Source: a bacterium (lineage in GTDB: Bacteria; Patescibacteriota; Minisyncoccia; UBA6257; 02-FULL-45-10c). From it: a DNA stretch of 64,000 bases. This document shows positions 56,330 through 64,000 of the stretch, in pieces. Position numbers and translations under genes: made by a program. The first letter of the stretch is position 1. Each line of letters begins with the position of its first letter. Location of the stretch: positions 457,471-521,470 of the forward strand of contig JAJYMK010000003.1 in the NCBI GenBank assembly GCA_021786945.1. Reading direction: 5' to 3'. Under the pieces are notes generated by a model, which was not told the DNA's origin, ran no database searches, and saw only the letters and a list, made by a program, of their open reading frames with translations.

Positions 56330-57469
56330 CTATTTAGAGCTTTCCAAAAAATCAAATACTTTTTTGTTTTTCACTATATCATAACTGTAACTATAGATTC
56401 TTTGTGGATCTATTTTTTGTGCATGCTCTGGGCGCAAAGTCGCCAAAAACTTATTGCTTTCCATTTCCACTTCTTCTGAAGTCGGCTCTATTTTTTCATC
56501 TTTGGCTATTTTATACAAAACCAAATTGGAAACAACGCTTTTTTCGGCTTCGGGTCGCAATTTCTTCCTGACTTCCTCCTCTTTAAAATCTTTTTTGAAA
56601 TACATCTTATATTCTTCCAGCATTCCGGACAGAGTTTTTTCTATCATCACTTCAGGAATCTCAATTTTTGAATCTTTTCCAATTTCTTCAAGTGCTTTTA
56701 TTCTCAACCTCTCGGATTCCTTCAATTCCTTTTCTTTTTTAATACCGTCTTTTATGCTGTTTTTCAATTCTTCCAAGGTTTTAAAATTTCCGAGCTCTTT
56801 TACCAACTCGTCATTCAACTCTGGTAATTGTCTCTCAAAAACGGAAGCTAATTTTACTCCGTCAAATTCCTCTCCTTCTTTATGACCAACTATTTTTTCA
56901 TCCAATCCTTTTTCTAAGTGTGAATGACCCAAAATAAACTGATCCGGCTTTCCTTTGTATTCTATATTCACCACATCTCCCATTTTTGCGGGATTTGCAG
57001 ATCTTACTATTTTTGCCCTGGAATTTAAAATCCAATTTATAGCCTCCTGAACCTCGTCATCGCCTGCGGTTATCTCTCTTTTTTCCTCAAAAATCTTTTT
57101 GGCGATTTTTTTATAATCTCCAAGTTTTACTTCCGGAAAAACAACCAAATCTATCTTGAAAATAATTCCTTCTGGTTTTTCTTCTAGGTCAATTTTAGGC
57201 TGATCAACAATTTCCCATTCATTTTCCTGGGTTATTTCTTTCAATATCTCCCTTATAGCTTTTGTAGCGGCTTCTCCGAAAACTTTATCCTTGTCTATAA
57301 CGGCATCGGCCATTTGTTTGGGTGCTGCGCCTTTCCTGAACCCTTTAATTTCCACATCTTTTAAAGCTTCTTGATAAACAACTTCCCAATATTTAGAAAA
57401 TTCTACTTGGGTCAGAGTAACCTCCAATTGCTTAACAGAACCCGGAAGATCTTTGTGAGTATATTTCAT
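56330..57469 (-). CDS. tig: trigger factor
   Basis: N-terminal ribosome-binding signature GFRKGAAP, central PPIase-like and C-terminal domains; 379 aa. Confidence 0.9.
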   Translation of the reverse strand: MKYTHKDLPGSVKQLEVTLTQVEFSKYWEVVYQEALKDVEIKGFRKGAAPKQMADAVIDKDKVFGEAATKAIREILKEITQENEWEIVDQPKIDLEEKPEGIIFKIDLVVFPEVKLGDYKKIAKKIFEEKREITAGDDEVQEAINWILNSRAKIVRSANPAKMGDVVNIEYKGKPDQFILGHSHLEKGLDEKIVGHKEGEEFDGVKLASVFERQLPELNDELVKELGNFKTLEELKNSIKDGIKKEKELKESERLRIKALEEIGKDSKIEIPEVMIEKTLSGMLEEYKMYFKKDFKEEEVRKKLRPEAEKSVVSNLVLYKIAKDEKIEPTSEEVEMESNKFLATLRPEHAQKIDPQRIYSYSYDIVKNKKVFDFLESSK

Positions 57470-57591
57470 AAATAATTTAAATTACTTGTGATAGATATAT
57501 TATCATAAGTAATTTAAAAATAAAAATCCTTTTTTAGTCTCAGATTAAACTGAATCCCCCTCTTTTTCAGAGGGGGATAAATTTATAAGCT

Positions 57592-58737
57592 TTATTGAAT
57601 TCCTAACTTTGTAAGCATCGCTTTCATGCCGTTATAAGAAGTGGATAATACAAATAAATTATTTGCAGTCCATCCATAATTCAAAGAGGCTCCCGTTTTC
57701 GAGAAACTAATATATCTGGTTGGGAGATTATTAGCCTTACCATCTTTAAAACTGCTGCCAATTTTTGTTCCAGGATTTTGAATATAAAGATTAGTCAAAC
57801 TCGCAGAACTTTCAATTTTTGCCATTAAAGTTTTAGCGACAGCAACATCGGCGCCATTTTTTAATTTAGCTATTAAACCAAACCATGACCCATTGGCATC
57901 ATAAAAAATAACACTAGTAAAATCATCTTCAAAAAACGGAGTTAATTCAGCTGAAGTTATCTCCGGCAAAAACAAAGGGAGCGAATCAGCAAAAACTAAC
58001 TGCCCACCCTCATTCGAAAGAACAACTTCTTTTAAGTAAGTCTGTGAAGCGGGCTTATTATTTGATTCTGCTATTAATAAATCTCTTACTGAAGCTAAAG
58101 TTGTAGATCCCACGACATTCAAATTAATTGAGCTGTCGGCAGGATTGGGAACCAATAAAGAAATATGTGGTTTTAAAACTGGTTGCAAAGGAACTTCCGG
58201 GGTTGTAGTTGCAACATCTTCGGTTGTTGTAGCCATTTCTTCAGTTGAAGTGGCGACTGGCGGAATATTTTCCGGAGTAGTTACTGTTGTGGAAGGAGTT
58301 TCGGGGATATTTGTTTGCGGGGCCGGAGTATTAACGGAAATTACCGGTTTGGCGAACATCGGATAAATATAAACGTATCCGGCATAAGCGGCGCCGGCCA
58401 ATACCAAAATTAAAATTGTTATCAAAACAAAAATTTTTCCTTTCTTTTTTGGAGCTTCAGCCGGCGGTAAAACACCCTCAGCGGCACCCGGTCTGATCAT
58501 TCCCTCTTCTTTGGATAAATCATCCAACTCCGAAGAAGCCTGTTTTTTAATTTCAGGCGGAGTAAAAGCTTCTGGTACTGGATTTTCTCCTCCGGATTGT
58601 TTAACAGACTGAAGATCGGACTGCATGGTCCTTAAAGTTATTTCCGGCGGAGGAGGTGGAGGTGGCATCGAAGGCCCACCCTGTCCCTGGCCCGGATTAC
58701 TCGTTTCTCCCCAATTTTGTTGTTTAAAATCTTCCAT
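57592..58737 (-). CDS. Pro/Thr-rich membrane protein, hypothetical
   Basis: Poly-Pro N-terminus (PPPPPPP), single TM helix, T/P-rich linker, C-terminal globular domain. Confidence 0.5.
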   Translation of the reverse strand: MEDFKQQNWGETSNPGQGQGGPSMPPPPPPPEITLRTMQSDLQSVKQSGGENPVPEAFTPPEIKKQASSELDDLSKEEGMIRPGAAEGVLPPAEAPKKKGKIFVLITILILVLAGAAYAGYVYIYPMFAKPVISVNTPAPQTNIPETPSTTVTTPENIPPVATSTEEMATTTEDVATTTPEVPLQPVLKPHISLLVPNPADSSINLNVVGSTTLASVRDLLIAESNNKPASQTYLKEVVLSNEGGQLVFADSLPLFLPEITSAELTPFFEDDFTSVIFYDANGSWFGLIAKLKNGADVAVAKTLMAKIESSASLTNLYIQNPGTKIGSSFKDGKANNLPTRYISFSKTGASLNYGWTANNLFVLSTSYNGMKAMLTKLGIQ

Positions 58738-58832
58738 AATTATTTTAATTAATACTTAACTTAATTATATAACAGCATAAAAAATAAAAAACGCCGTCCT
58801 TTGTGGATAGCGTTTTTATTGTTGAAACTTAC

Positions 58833-60965
58833 TTATTTGTCCGTCTCGGGTTTATTCAAAGCCTTTAAGGACAAACTAACTTTTCCCCCTTCGGCTCTGA
58901 TTACTTTTGCCCTGACAAAATCACCAAGCTTAACAACGTCTTCAACTTTTTTAACAAATCCTTCTTTCAATTCGGAAACGTGGATCATGCCGTCTTTATT
59001 TGGACCAAATTCCACTATAGCTCCAAAATCCAAAATCTTTACAACGTTTCCTTCAACAATCTGTCCGACTTCTATATCTGTAACAATGGATTTAACAATT
59101 TTAAATGCGGCTTCGGCGGTTTCCTTGTTCGGACCCGCAACATAAACTTTTCCGCTCTGATCGATATCGATAGTTGTAGCTCCCGTAGCGGCAATAATAC
59201 CGTTAATAGTTTTTCCTCCGGGGCCTATAACTTCACCGATTTTTTCTGGATTAATAGTTAAAGACAAAACAACCGGGGCGTATTCGGAAAGCTCTTTTCT
59301 GGGTTCTTTCAAAGCTCCTGTAATTGTTTTCAAAATATGAAGTCTGGCCAATTTAGCTTGTGCCAAAACCTTTTCAACCATTTCCATATTTATACCGTTA
59401 ATCTTAACGTCCAATTGTATCGCGGTAACACCCTCTTCGGTTCCGGCAACTTTAAAATCCATATCACCATAATGATCTTCTGGGCCTTGAATATCGGTAA
59501 GTACTTTATACTTCTCACCCTTTTCATCGGTTATCAGACCCATAGCAATACCGGCAGCCGGTCTTCTGATTGGAACTCCGGCATCCATCAAAGATAATCC
59601 TCCTGCACAAACAGTGGCCATAGAAGAAGAACCATTCGAAGAAAGAATTTCCGAAACTACACGGATAACATAAGGAAAAGCTTCATAAGAAGGCAACAAC
59701 GGACGTAAAGCTTTTTCGGCTAAAGATCCGTGGCCTATGTCTCTTCTGCCCGGACCCCTGAATCCTCCGGTTTCACCAACGGAATAAGGCGGAAAATTAT
59801 AATGAAGCATAAATCTCCTCTTTATTGAATTTCTCATGCTTTCCACGAGCTGTTCGGAGCCCGGAGGAGCAATTGTGGTAACAGATAAAGATTGTGTATT
59901 TCCTCTTACGAATAAAGCCGATCCATGAACGCGGTTCAAAATGCCAACTTCGGCATAAAGATCCCTGACTTCATCCAATTTTCTGCCGTCTGGCCTCTTT
60001 TCTTCATCAAGAATTTTTTTATGCAAAATTTCATCGAGCCTGGACTCCATATAAACCTCGGCGGCAATATATTCTTTTTCTTCACCACCCATATCTTCCA
60101 GCATGAGCCTCATATCGTCTTTTATGCGATAAAGCATTTCTTCTCTTTTAATCTTGTCCGGATTATAAAGGGCTTCTTCCAATTTATTGCCAAAAAAGTC
60201 ATTAAGTTTTTGCTCTAAATCTTTTTCAGGAACAGCCAAATAAACTTCTACTTTAGGTTTAGCCAATTCTTTTGCTACAGTCTCCTGGAATTTTGTAAGC
60301 TCGGTAATTTGCTGCTGAGCCATAGCAAATCCGCCGACAACATATTTTTCGTTAACCTCATTTCCGCCAAGCTCAATCATATTTATCTTATCTTTGGTTC
60401 CGGCTACAAAAGCATCGAAATCCAAATCGGACTCCTTGTCTTTTATATCCATCAAAGATGGATTTACCAAAACCTCTTCTTTGTTTTTGAATTTAGAAAT
60501 TTTAACTCCGGCAACAGGTCCGCCCCAAGGAATCCTGGATACGGTCAATGCCATAGAAGCGGTCAATAATCCGATAAAATCCGGATCATTAACACTATCA
60601 ATCTGCAAAACAGTCACTACCACCTGCACTTCCCTGCGCATGGCAGAGTTGAACAAAGGCCTGATTGTCCTGTCTATTAATCTTCCCGAAAGAATGGCTT
60701 CGTCTGAAGACTTACCCTCTCTTCGTGAAAATCTGCTGCCCAAAATTTTACCGGCGGCATAAAACTTTTCTTCGTAATTTACCGTCAACGGAAAATAATC
60801 CATTCCCGCTTTATCCGACTTACCCATCACCACCGTGGCCAAAACCACAGTATCGCCATATCTGCCAATAATGGCAGAATCAGCCTGTTCGCCAACCCTT
60901 GAAACCTCAAAAGAAAGCGGCCTGCCCGCAAACTCGGTTTTAAAAACTCTTCTTTTTATATCCAT
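58833..60965 (-). CDS. pnp: polyribonucleotide nucleotidyltransferase (PNPase)
   Basis: Two RNase PH-like domains, KH and S1 domains at C-terminus (…GKVIGPGGKTIN…; …VGQIVEGNVVKILDFGAIVEF…); 710 aa. Confidence 0.95.
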   Translation of the reverse strand: MDIKRRVFKTEFAGRPLSFEVSRVGEQADSAIIGRYGDTVVLATVVMGKSDKAGMDYFPLTVNYEEKFYAAGKILGSRFSRREGKSSDEAILSGRLIDRTIRPLFNSAMRREVQVVVTVLQIDSVNDPDFIGLLTASMALTVSRIPWGGPVAGVKISKFKNKEEVLVNPSLMDIKDKESDLDFDAFVAGTKDKINMIELGGNEVNEKYVVGGFAMAQQQITELTKFQETVAKELAKPKVEVYLAVPEKDLEQKLNDFFGNKLEEALYNPDKIKREEMLYRIKDDMRLMLEDMGGEEKEYIAAEVYMESRLDEILHKKILDEEKRPDGRKLDEVRDLYAEVGILNRVHGSALFVRGNTQSLSVTTIAPPGSEQLVESMRNSIKRRFMLHYNFPPYSVGETGGFRGPGRRDIGHGSLAEKALRPLLPSYEAFPYVIRVVSEILSSNGSSSMATVCAGGLSLMDAGVPIRRPAAGIAMGLITDEKGEKYKVLTDIQGPEDHYGDMDFKVAGTEEGVTAIQLDVKINGINMEMVEKVLAQAKLARLHILKTITGALKEPRKELSEYAPVVLSLTINPEKIGEVIGPGGKTINGIIAATGATTIDIDQSGKVYVAGPNKETAEAAFKIVKSIVTDIEVGQIVEGNVVKILDFGAIVEFGPNKDGMIHVSELKEGFVKKVEDVVKLGDFVRAKVIRAEGGKVSLSLKALNKPETDK

Positions 60966-61173
60966 AGGCTTAACGGAATTACGAAACTATACAAAAGCGC
61001 AAAACCAATTGTTCCGGGCTTTTGTATAACCTCGTAGCTCCGTATATTAATTTTAATAATTTTTATTTCTTCCGACAGGAAGTTTTTTGCGAAGTCTATT
61101 CTCGACTTCCGGCGTCTAAAATTAAACATTCAAAACTCCGGAAATCTAGAATAAATCTAAGACTAACATATAT

Positions 61174-61581
61174 TTATAGTTGATCAATATGCTCCTTATT
61201 ATTAATATCCTGATTTTCTGCTTTAAAAAATCCAATCCTAGAAAGAGATATCAATATTATTATTGTAGTACATACCGGTCCTAAAAAATTAAAAAAGAAA
61301 ATACTATAGTTATGGGCTTCTGGCGTAGGGGTTTCGTTAAGACTATATCCGAGAAGCGTTAAGGATGCCAGTACTAATGAAATAAAAGAGAGTAAATAAA
61401 AGATATTAAAAATAACTCTGTGGCGCGACGTAGAAAAATCAAGCTTAAAATAAATAAAAAGCGACAAAGCGACTAAAAAAATGGGGAAAAAATAAAACGG
61501 TGAATGATTAGCAAGTAAAAATCCAAAATATAAAGATATTAGTAATACCACCGAATTTAAAATAGCAAATATAACATTCAT
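61174..61581 (-). CDS. hypothetical integral membrane protein (135 aa)
   Basis: 4 hydrophobic helices; no family recognised. Confidence 0.45.
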   Translation of the reverse strand: MNVIFAILNSVVLLISLYFGFLLANHSPFYFFPIFLVALSLFIYFKLDFSTSRHRVIFNIFYLLSFISLVLASLTLLGYSLNETPTPEAHNYSIFFFNFLGPVCTTIIILISLSRIGFFKAENQDINNKEHIDQL

Positions 61582-61585
61582 TGAT

Positions 61586-62086
61586 TTATATTTTAAATAA
61601 AGCTTTGGGTATTTTTTCGATATTTATGAATTGATCGGCTATTTCCTGAATTTTTCCGGAAGTTGTCCTTCCGAAAGCCGCCACTTCAACACTCCTTCCT
61701 TTTCCGAACTGCAGATATTGAATTAATGGCACAAAATCGCCATCACCGGTTACTAAAATCACGACATCCAAAAAATCGGACATCCTCAAAGCATCAACAG
61801 CCATGCCAATATCCCAATCGGCTTTTTTGGAGCCGTCCGGATTTATCTGTAAATCTTTTACTCTCAATTCAAGGCCACAGCGTGTCAATGAATCAAAAAA
61901 GCCTTTCTCACCTAAAGCGGTATCGCTTTTTACAACGTAGGCTATAGAACGTATTAATTTTCTGCCCGCCACCAATTCCTTAATCAATTCCTTATAATTC
62001 ACCCTGGATTTATAAAGATTTTTTGAAGAATGGTATAAATTTTGAATATCTATAAAAATACCGACTCTCTGTTCTTTGTGTCTCAT
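61586..62086 (-). CDS. NYN-domain (LabA-like, PIN-fold) protein
   Basis: VGIFIDIQNLYHS…, DVVILVTGDGDFVPL motifs typical of NYN/LabA family. Confidence 0.75.
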   Translation of the reverse strand: MRHKEQRVGIFIDIQNLYHSSKNLYKSRVNYKELIKELVAGRKLIRSIAYVVKSDTALGEKGFFDSLTRCGLELRVKDLQINPDGSKKADWDIGMAVDALRMSDFLDVVILVTGDGDFVPLIQYLQFGKGRSVEVAAFGRTTSGKIQEIADQFINIEKIPKALFKI

Positions 62087-62117
62087 ATTATTATGTTATG
62101 TTAATTCCAAAAATAAT

Positions 62118-62145
62118 TCTAGCCGCTATGACAGCGGCTAGATAA
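62118..62145 (-). terminator. intrinsic terminator for rpsO
   Basis: TAGCCGCTGTCATAGCGGCTA hairpin + AATTATTTTT on minus strand. Confidence 0.65.
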
Positions 62146-62149
62146 TATA

Positions 62150-62416
62150 TTAAGCTTTTAATCCTAATTTTTTAACCAAAGAAGTGTAGTTTTTTGGCTT
62201 ATTCTTTTCAAGATAATCCAAAAGTCTCTTTCTCTTTCCAACCATTTTCAACAAACCTCTCCTGGAATGATTGTCTTTCCTGTGTTTTTTAAGATGATCG
62301 GTTAATTCCTCGATCTGTTTAGTCAAAAGACCAACCTGAACCTCGGCTGAACCTGTATCGGAATCGGTCTGTTTGAATTCTTTAATAATATTCGATTTTT
62401 TTCTTGTTGTTAGCAT
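62150..62416 (-). CDS. rpsO: 30S ribosomal protein S15
   Basis: GSAEVQVGLLTKQIEELTDHLKKHRKDNHSRRGLLKMVGKRKRLLDYL is near-consensus S15; 88 aa. Confidence 0.95.
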   Translation of the reverse strand: MLTTRKKSNIIKEFKQTDSDTGSAEVQVGLLTKQIEELTDHLKKHRKDNHSRRGLLKMVGKRKRLLDYLEKNKPKNYTSLVKKLGLKA

Positions 62417-62526
62417 AACTTATGTTTATTTTTAAACTTTTTAAATTATATACGAAAAATCAGAAAAAATCAAGCCCTCCAGAATAGAGTTAATTTACTG
62501 GTTCTGTCGCAAAATATTTTGGTATA

Positions 62527-63450
62527 ATGGTGTATATGGCAGATATTAATACATTTTTAACGCAATATCTGGATTATCTGGAGCTAGAAAAAAACAGATC
62601 TATTAAAACCAGAGAAAATTACGGGCGATACCTGAAAGCTTTTTTCGAATACAACAAAATCGCAAAACCAAACGATATAACCCTTGATTCGGTAATGCAA
62701 TTCCGCCTGCATCTGGCCAGAGAAAGTAAAGACGGAAAAAACCTCAAAAGAATAACTCAATCCTACTATATAATCGCCTTAAGAAATTTTTTAAAATTTC
62801 TGATAAAACGGGATATTGAAACCCTGTCCCCCGATAAAATAGAGCTTCCCAAAATAGCCAGAAGACAAATAGAAATAATCGAATATTCGGAACTTGAAAG
62901 ACTGCTGAATGCCCCCGACACCGGCACCTTTCGCGGACTGCGGGATAAGGCAATATTGGAAACACTTTTTTCCACCGGCCTCCGTGTTTCCGAGCTCTGC
63001 AATTTGGACAGATACATAAATCTGGAAAGGGGTGAAATCGCCGTGAGAGGAAAGGGTGAAAAATTAAGGGTAGTTTTTCTTTCGGATGGCGCCAAAGAAG
63101 CCATCAAAAACTATCTTGATAAAAGAAGCGATGCCTTGGATAAATTATTCGTAAGCCTGTCTAAAGAATCGGGAAATAAAAAACCAAAAGTAATCGGAAA
63201 AATAACTTCGCGGGCAGTTCAAAGACTGATTGATTTTTATAAACGCAAAGCCGGAATTACAAAGAAAATAACACCTCACCAAATAAGGCACCAGTTTGCC
63301 ACAGATCTCCTGATGAATGGCGCGGACCTGCGTTCCGTCCAGGAACTTTTGGGCCATAGCAATATTTCCACCACCCAAGTTTATACGCACATCACCAACA
63401 AACAACTTAAAGAAATTCACGAAAGCTTCCACGGAAAAAGAAGAAAATAA
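62527..63450 (+). CDS. tyrosine site-specific recombinase (XerC/XerD-like)
   Basis: N-terminal SAM-like domain (…ENYGRYLKAFFEY…), catalytic R…HxxR…Y (…HQIRHQFATDLLMNGADLRSVQELLGHSNISTTQVYTHI…); start may be ATG at 62536. Confidence 0.85.
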   Translation: MVYMADINTFLTQYLDYLELEKNRSIKTRENYGRYLKAFFEYNKIAKPNDITLDSVMQFRLHLARESKDGKNLKRITQSYYIIALRNFLKFLIKRDIETLSPDKIELPKIARRQIEIIEYSELERLLNAPDTGTFRGLRDKAILETLFSTGLRVSELCNLDRYINLERGEIAVRGKGEKLRVVFLSDGAKEAIKNYLDKRSDALDKLFVSLSKESGNKKPKVIGKITSRAVQRLIDFYKRKAGITKKITPHQIRHQFATDLLMNGADLRSVQELLGHSNISTTQVYTHITNKQLKEIHESFHGKRRK

Positions 63451-63483
63451 GACCATAATTATTATTTAACCTTAACTACTCTA

Positions 63484-63608
63484 CACACCGAATTGTCTAC
63501 GAGAATCGGAGTTTGTTCCGTCCAGCGCGGAACAACTCCTGAGTCTCGCTCCGACATCGGAACCGAGCATGTCGGAGCTCCGAATCTTCTCCACGACAAT
63601 TTGGTGTG
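63484..63608. repeat. MITE-like hairpin-rich repeat element, copy B (inverted relative to copy A)
   Basis: TIR CACACCGAATTGTC / GACAATTTGGTGTG (1 mismatch); core ~95% identical to reverse complement of copy A. Confidence 0.7.
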
Positions 63609-63785
63609 CAAAATCATTTATTATAAATAATTATTTTTGAGGAACATCTCGGAGGCGGCTTTGCGCCGAAAGCGAAGCAAATTTTTACGGAAGTAAAAAT
63701 TATGCTGTTTCCGAAAAGATAATTATTTATAAAATTTGGAAATGAGTCTGGCTTACTACATATATTTATATTAAAATACAAAAAT

Positions 63786-63867
63786 GCTCCCGTGGCGGAA
63801 CTGGCATACGCGCGTGGCTTAGGACCACGTCCCGAAAGGGTTAGAGGTTCAAATCCTCTCGGGAGCA
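63786..63867 (+). tRNA. tRNA-Leu (anticodon TAG)
   Basis: Acceptor GCTCCCG/CGGGAGC, anticodon stem-loop CGTGG-CUUAGGA-CCACG, long variable arm, T-arm AGAGGTTCAAATCCTCT. Confidence 0.85.
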
Positions 63868-63875
63868 CAAAAAAA

Positions 63876-63900
63876 AATCCCCCTAAGGGGGGATTTTTAA
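63876..63900. terminator. bidirectional intrinsic terminator
   Basis: AATCCCCCC-TAAG-GGGGGATT + T-run. Confidence 0.7.
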
Positions 63901-63909
63901 ATTTTCATC

Positions 63910-64000
63910 TTAGCTCAAAATGCTGGCCACTATATATCTCATTGTACCGGCGAGCAAAGCAACGGCGATAGCAATGATGGAATATAAGAGCTGATTTTTG
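63910..64000 (-). CDS. 3' end of a membrane-protein gene continuing beyond the window (partial)
   Basis: Minus-strand frame …KNQLLYSIIAIAVALLAGTMRYIVASILS* ending at TAA (63910-63912); hydrophobic. Confidence 0.3.
   Translation of the reverse strand, partial: KNQLLYSIIAIAVALLAGTMRYIVASILS

Noticed and set aside
58790-58832. Possible terminator downstream of pnp
   Set aside because: Only a weak 4-5-bp stem with a large loop can be drawn; not convincing as an intrinsic terminator.
63614-63868. 84-aa minus-strand ORF
   Set aside because: It overlaps tRNA-Leu(TAG) and the MITE-like repeat, with no SD.

Overview
This is an A+T-rich bacterial chromosomal window with short genes, many GC-hairpin intrinsic terminators, and many membrane-anchored hypothetical proteins. 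The composition and gene content fit a small-genome uncultivated bacterium, for example a Patescibacteria/CPR-like lineage; this is inference only. I call about 67 protein-coding genes, 7 tRNAs (His-GTG, Phe-GAA, Arg-TCT, Pro-TGG, Gly-TCC, Leu-CAG, Leu-TAG), and one ~345-nt structured RNA candidate with an SRP-RNA helix-8-like motif. Recognisable housekeeping genes: trxB, two glutaredoxin-like genes, a DsbA-like gene, a sugar phosphotransferase + epimerase + Wzx-type flippase, phosphohexomutase, ftsK, a rodZ-like gene, recA, yvcK, a PspC-domain gene, an ECF sigma with a putative anti-sigma, HU, rny, gpmI, secG, an ABC substrate-binding protein, rnj, thrC, aroK, asd, a bifunctional aspartokinase/homoserine dehydrogenase, two clpP, tig, pnp, rpsO and a Xer-type tyrosine recombinase. 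Standouts: (1) A 2323-aa secreted giant protein made of ~1.5-kb repeated modules, each a split DUF2341 with a nested LamG-like jelly-roll, co-oriented with a glycine-rich tail-fibre-motif protein and downstream of polysaccharide export genes. (2) A series of visibly G+C-richer single-gene islands in the A+T-rich background: a second clpP, orphan genes interleaved with a tRNA cluster, an XRE regulator, and two orphan ORFs. (3) A tandem pair of small-protein cassettes directly 3' of tRNA-Pro whose 144-nt 3' elements differ at only 2 positions while the ORFs have diverged strongly. (4) A period-5 (NNGGT)n array in a 3' UTR. (5) Two inverted copies of a ~125-135-bp hairpin-rich MITE-like element 13.4 kb apart, one next to the Xer recombinase and a tRNA-Leu. 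(6) A four-helix-bundle (rRNA-IVS family) gene and a GIY-YIG gene, each bracketed by inverted-repeat or hairpin motifs. All base-composition statements are by-eye estimates, not computed values.
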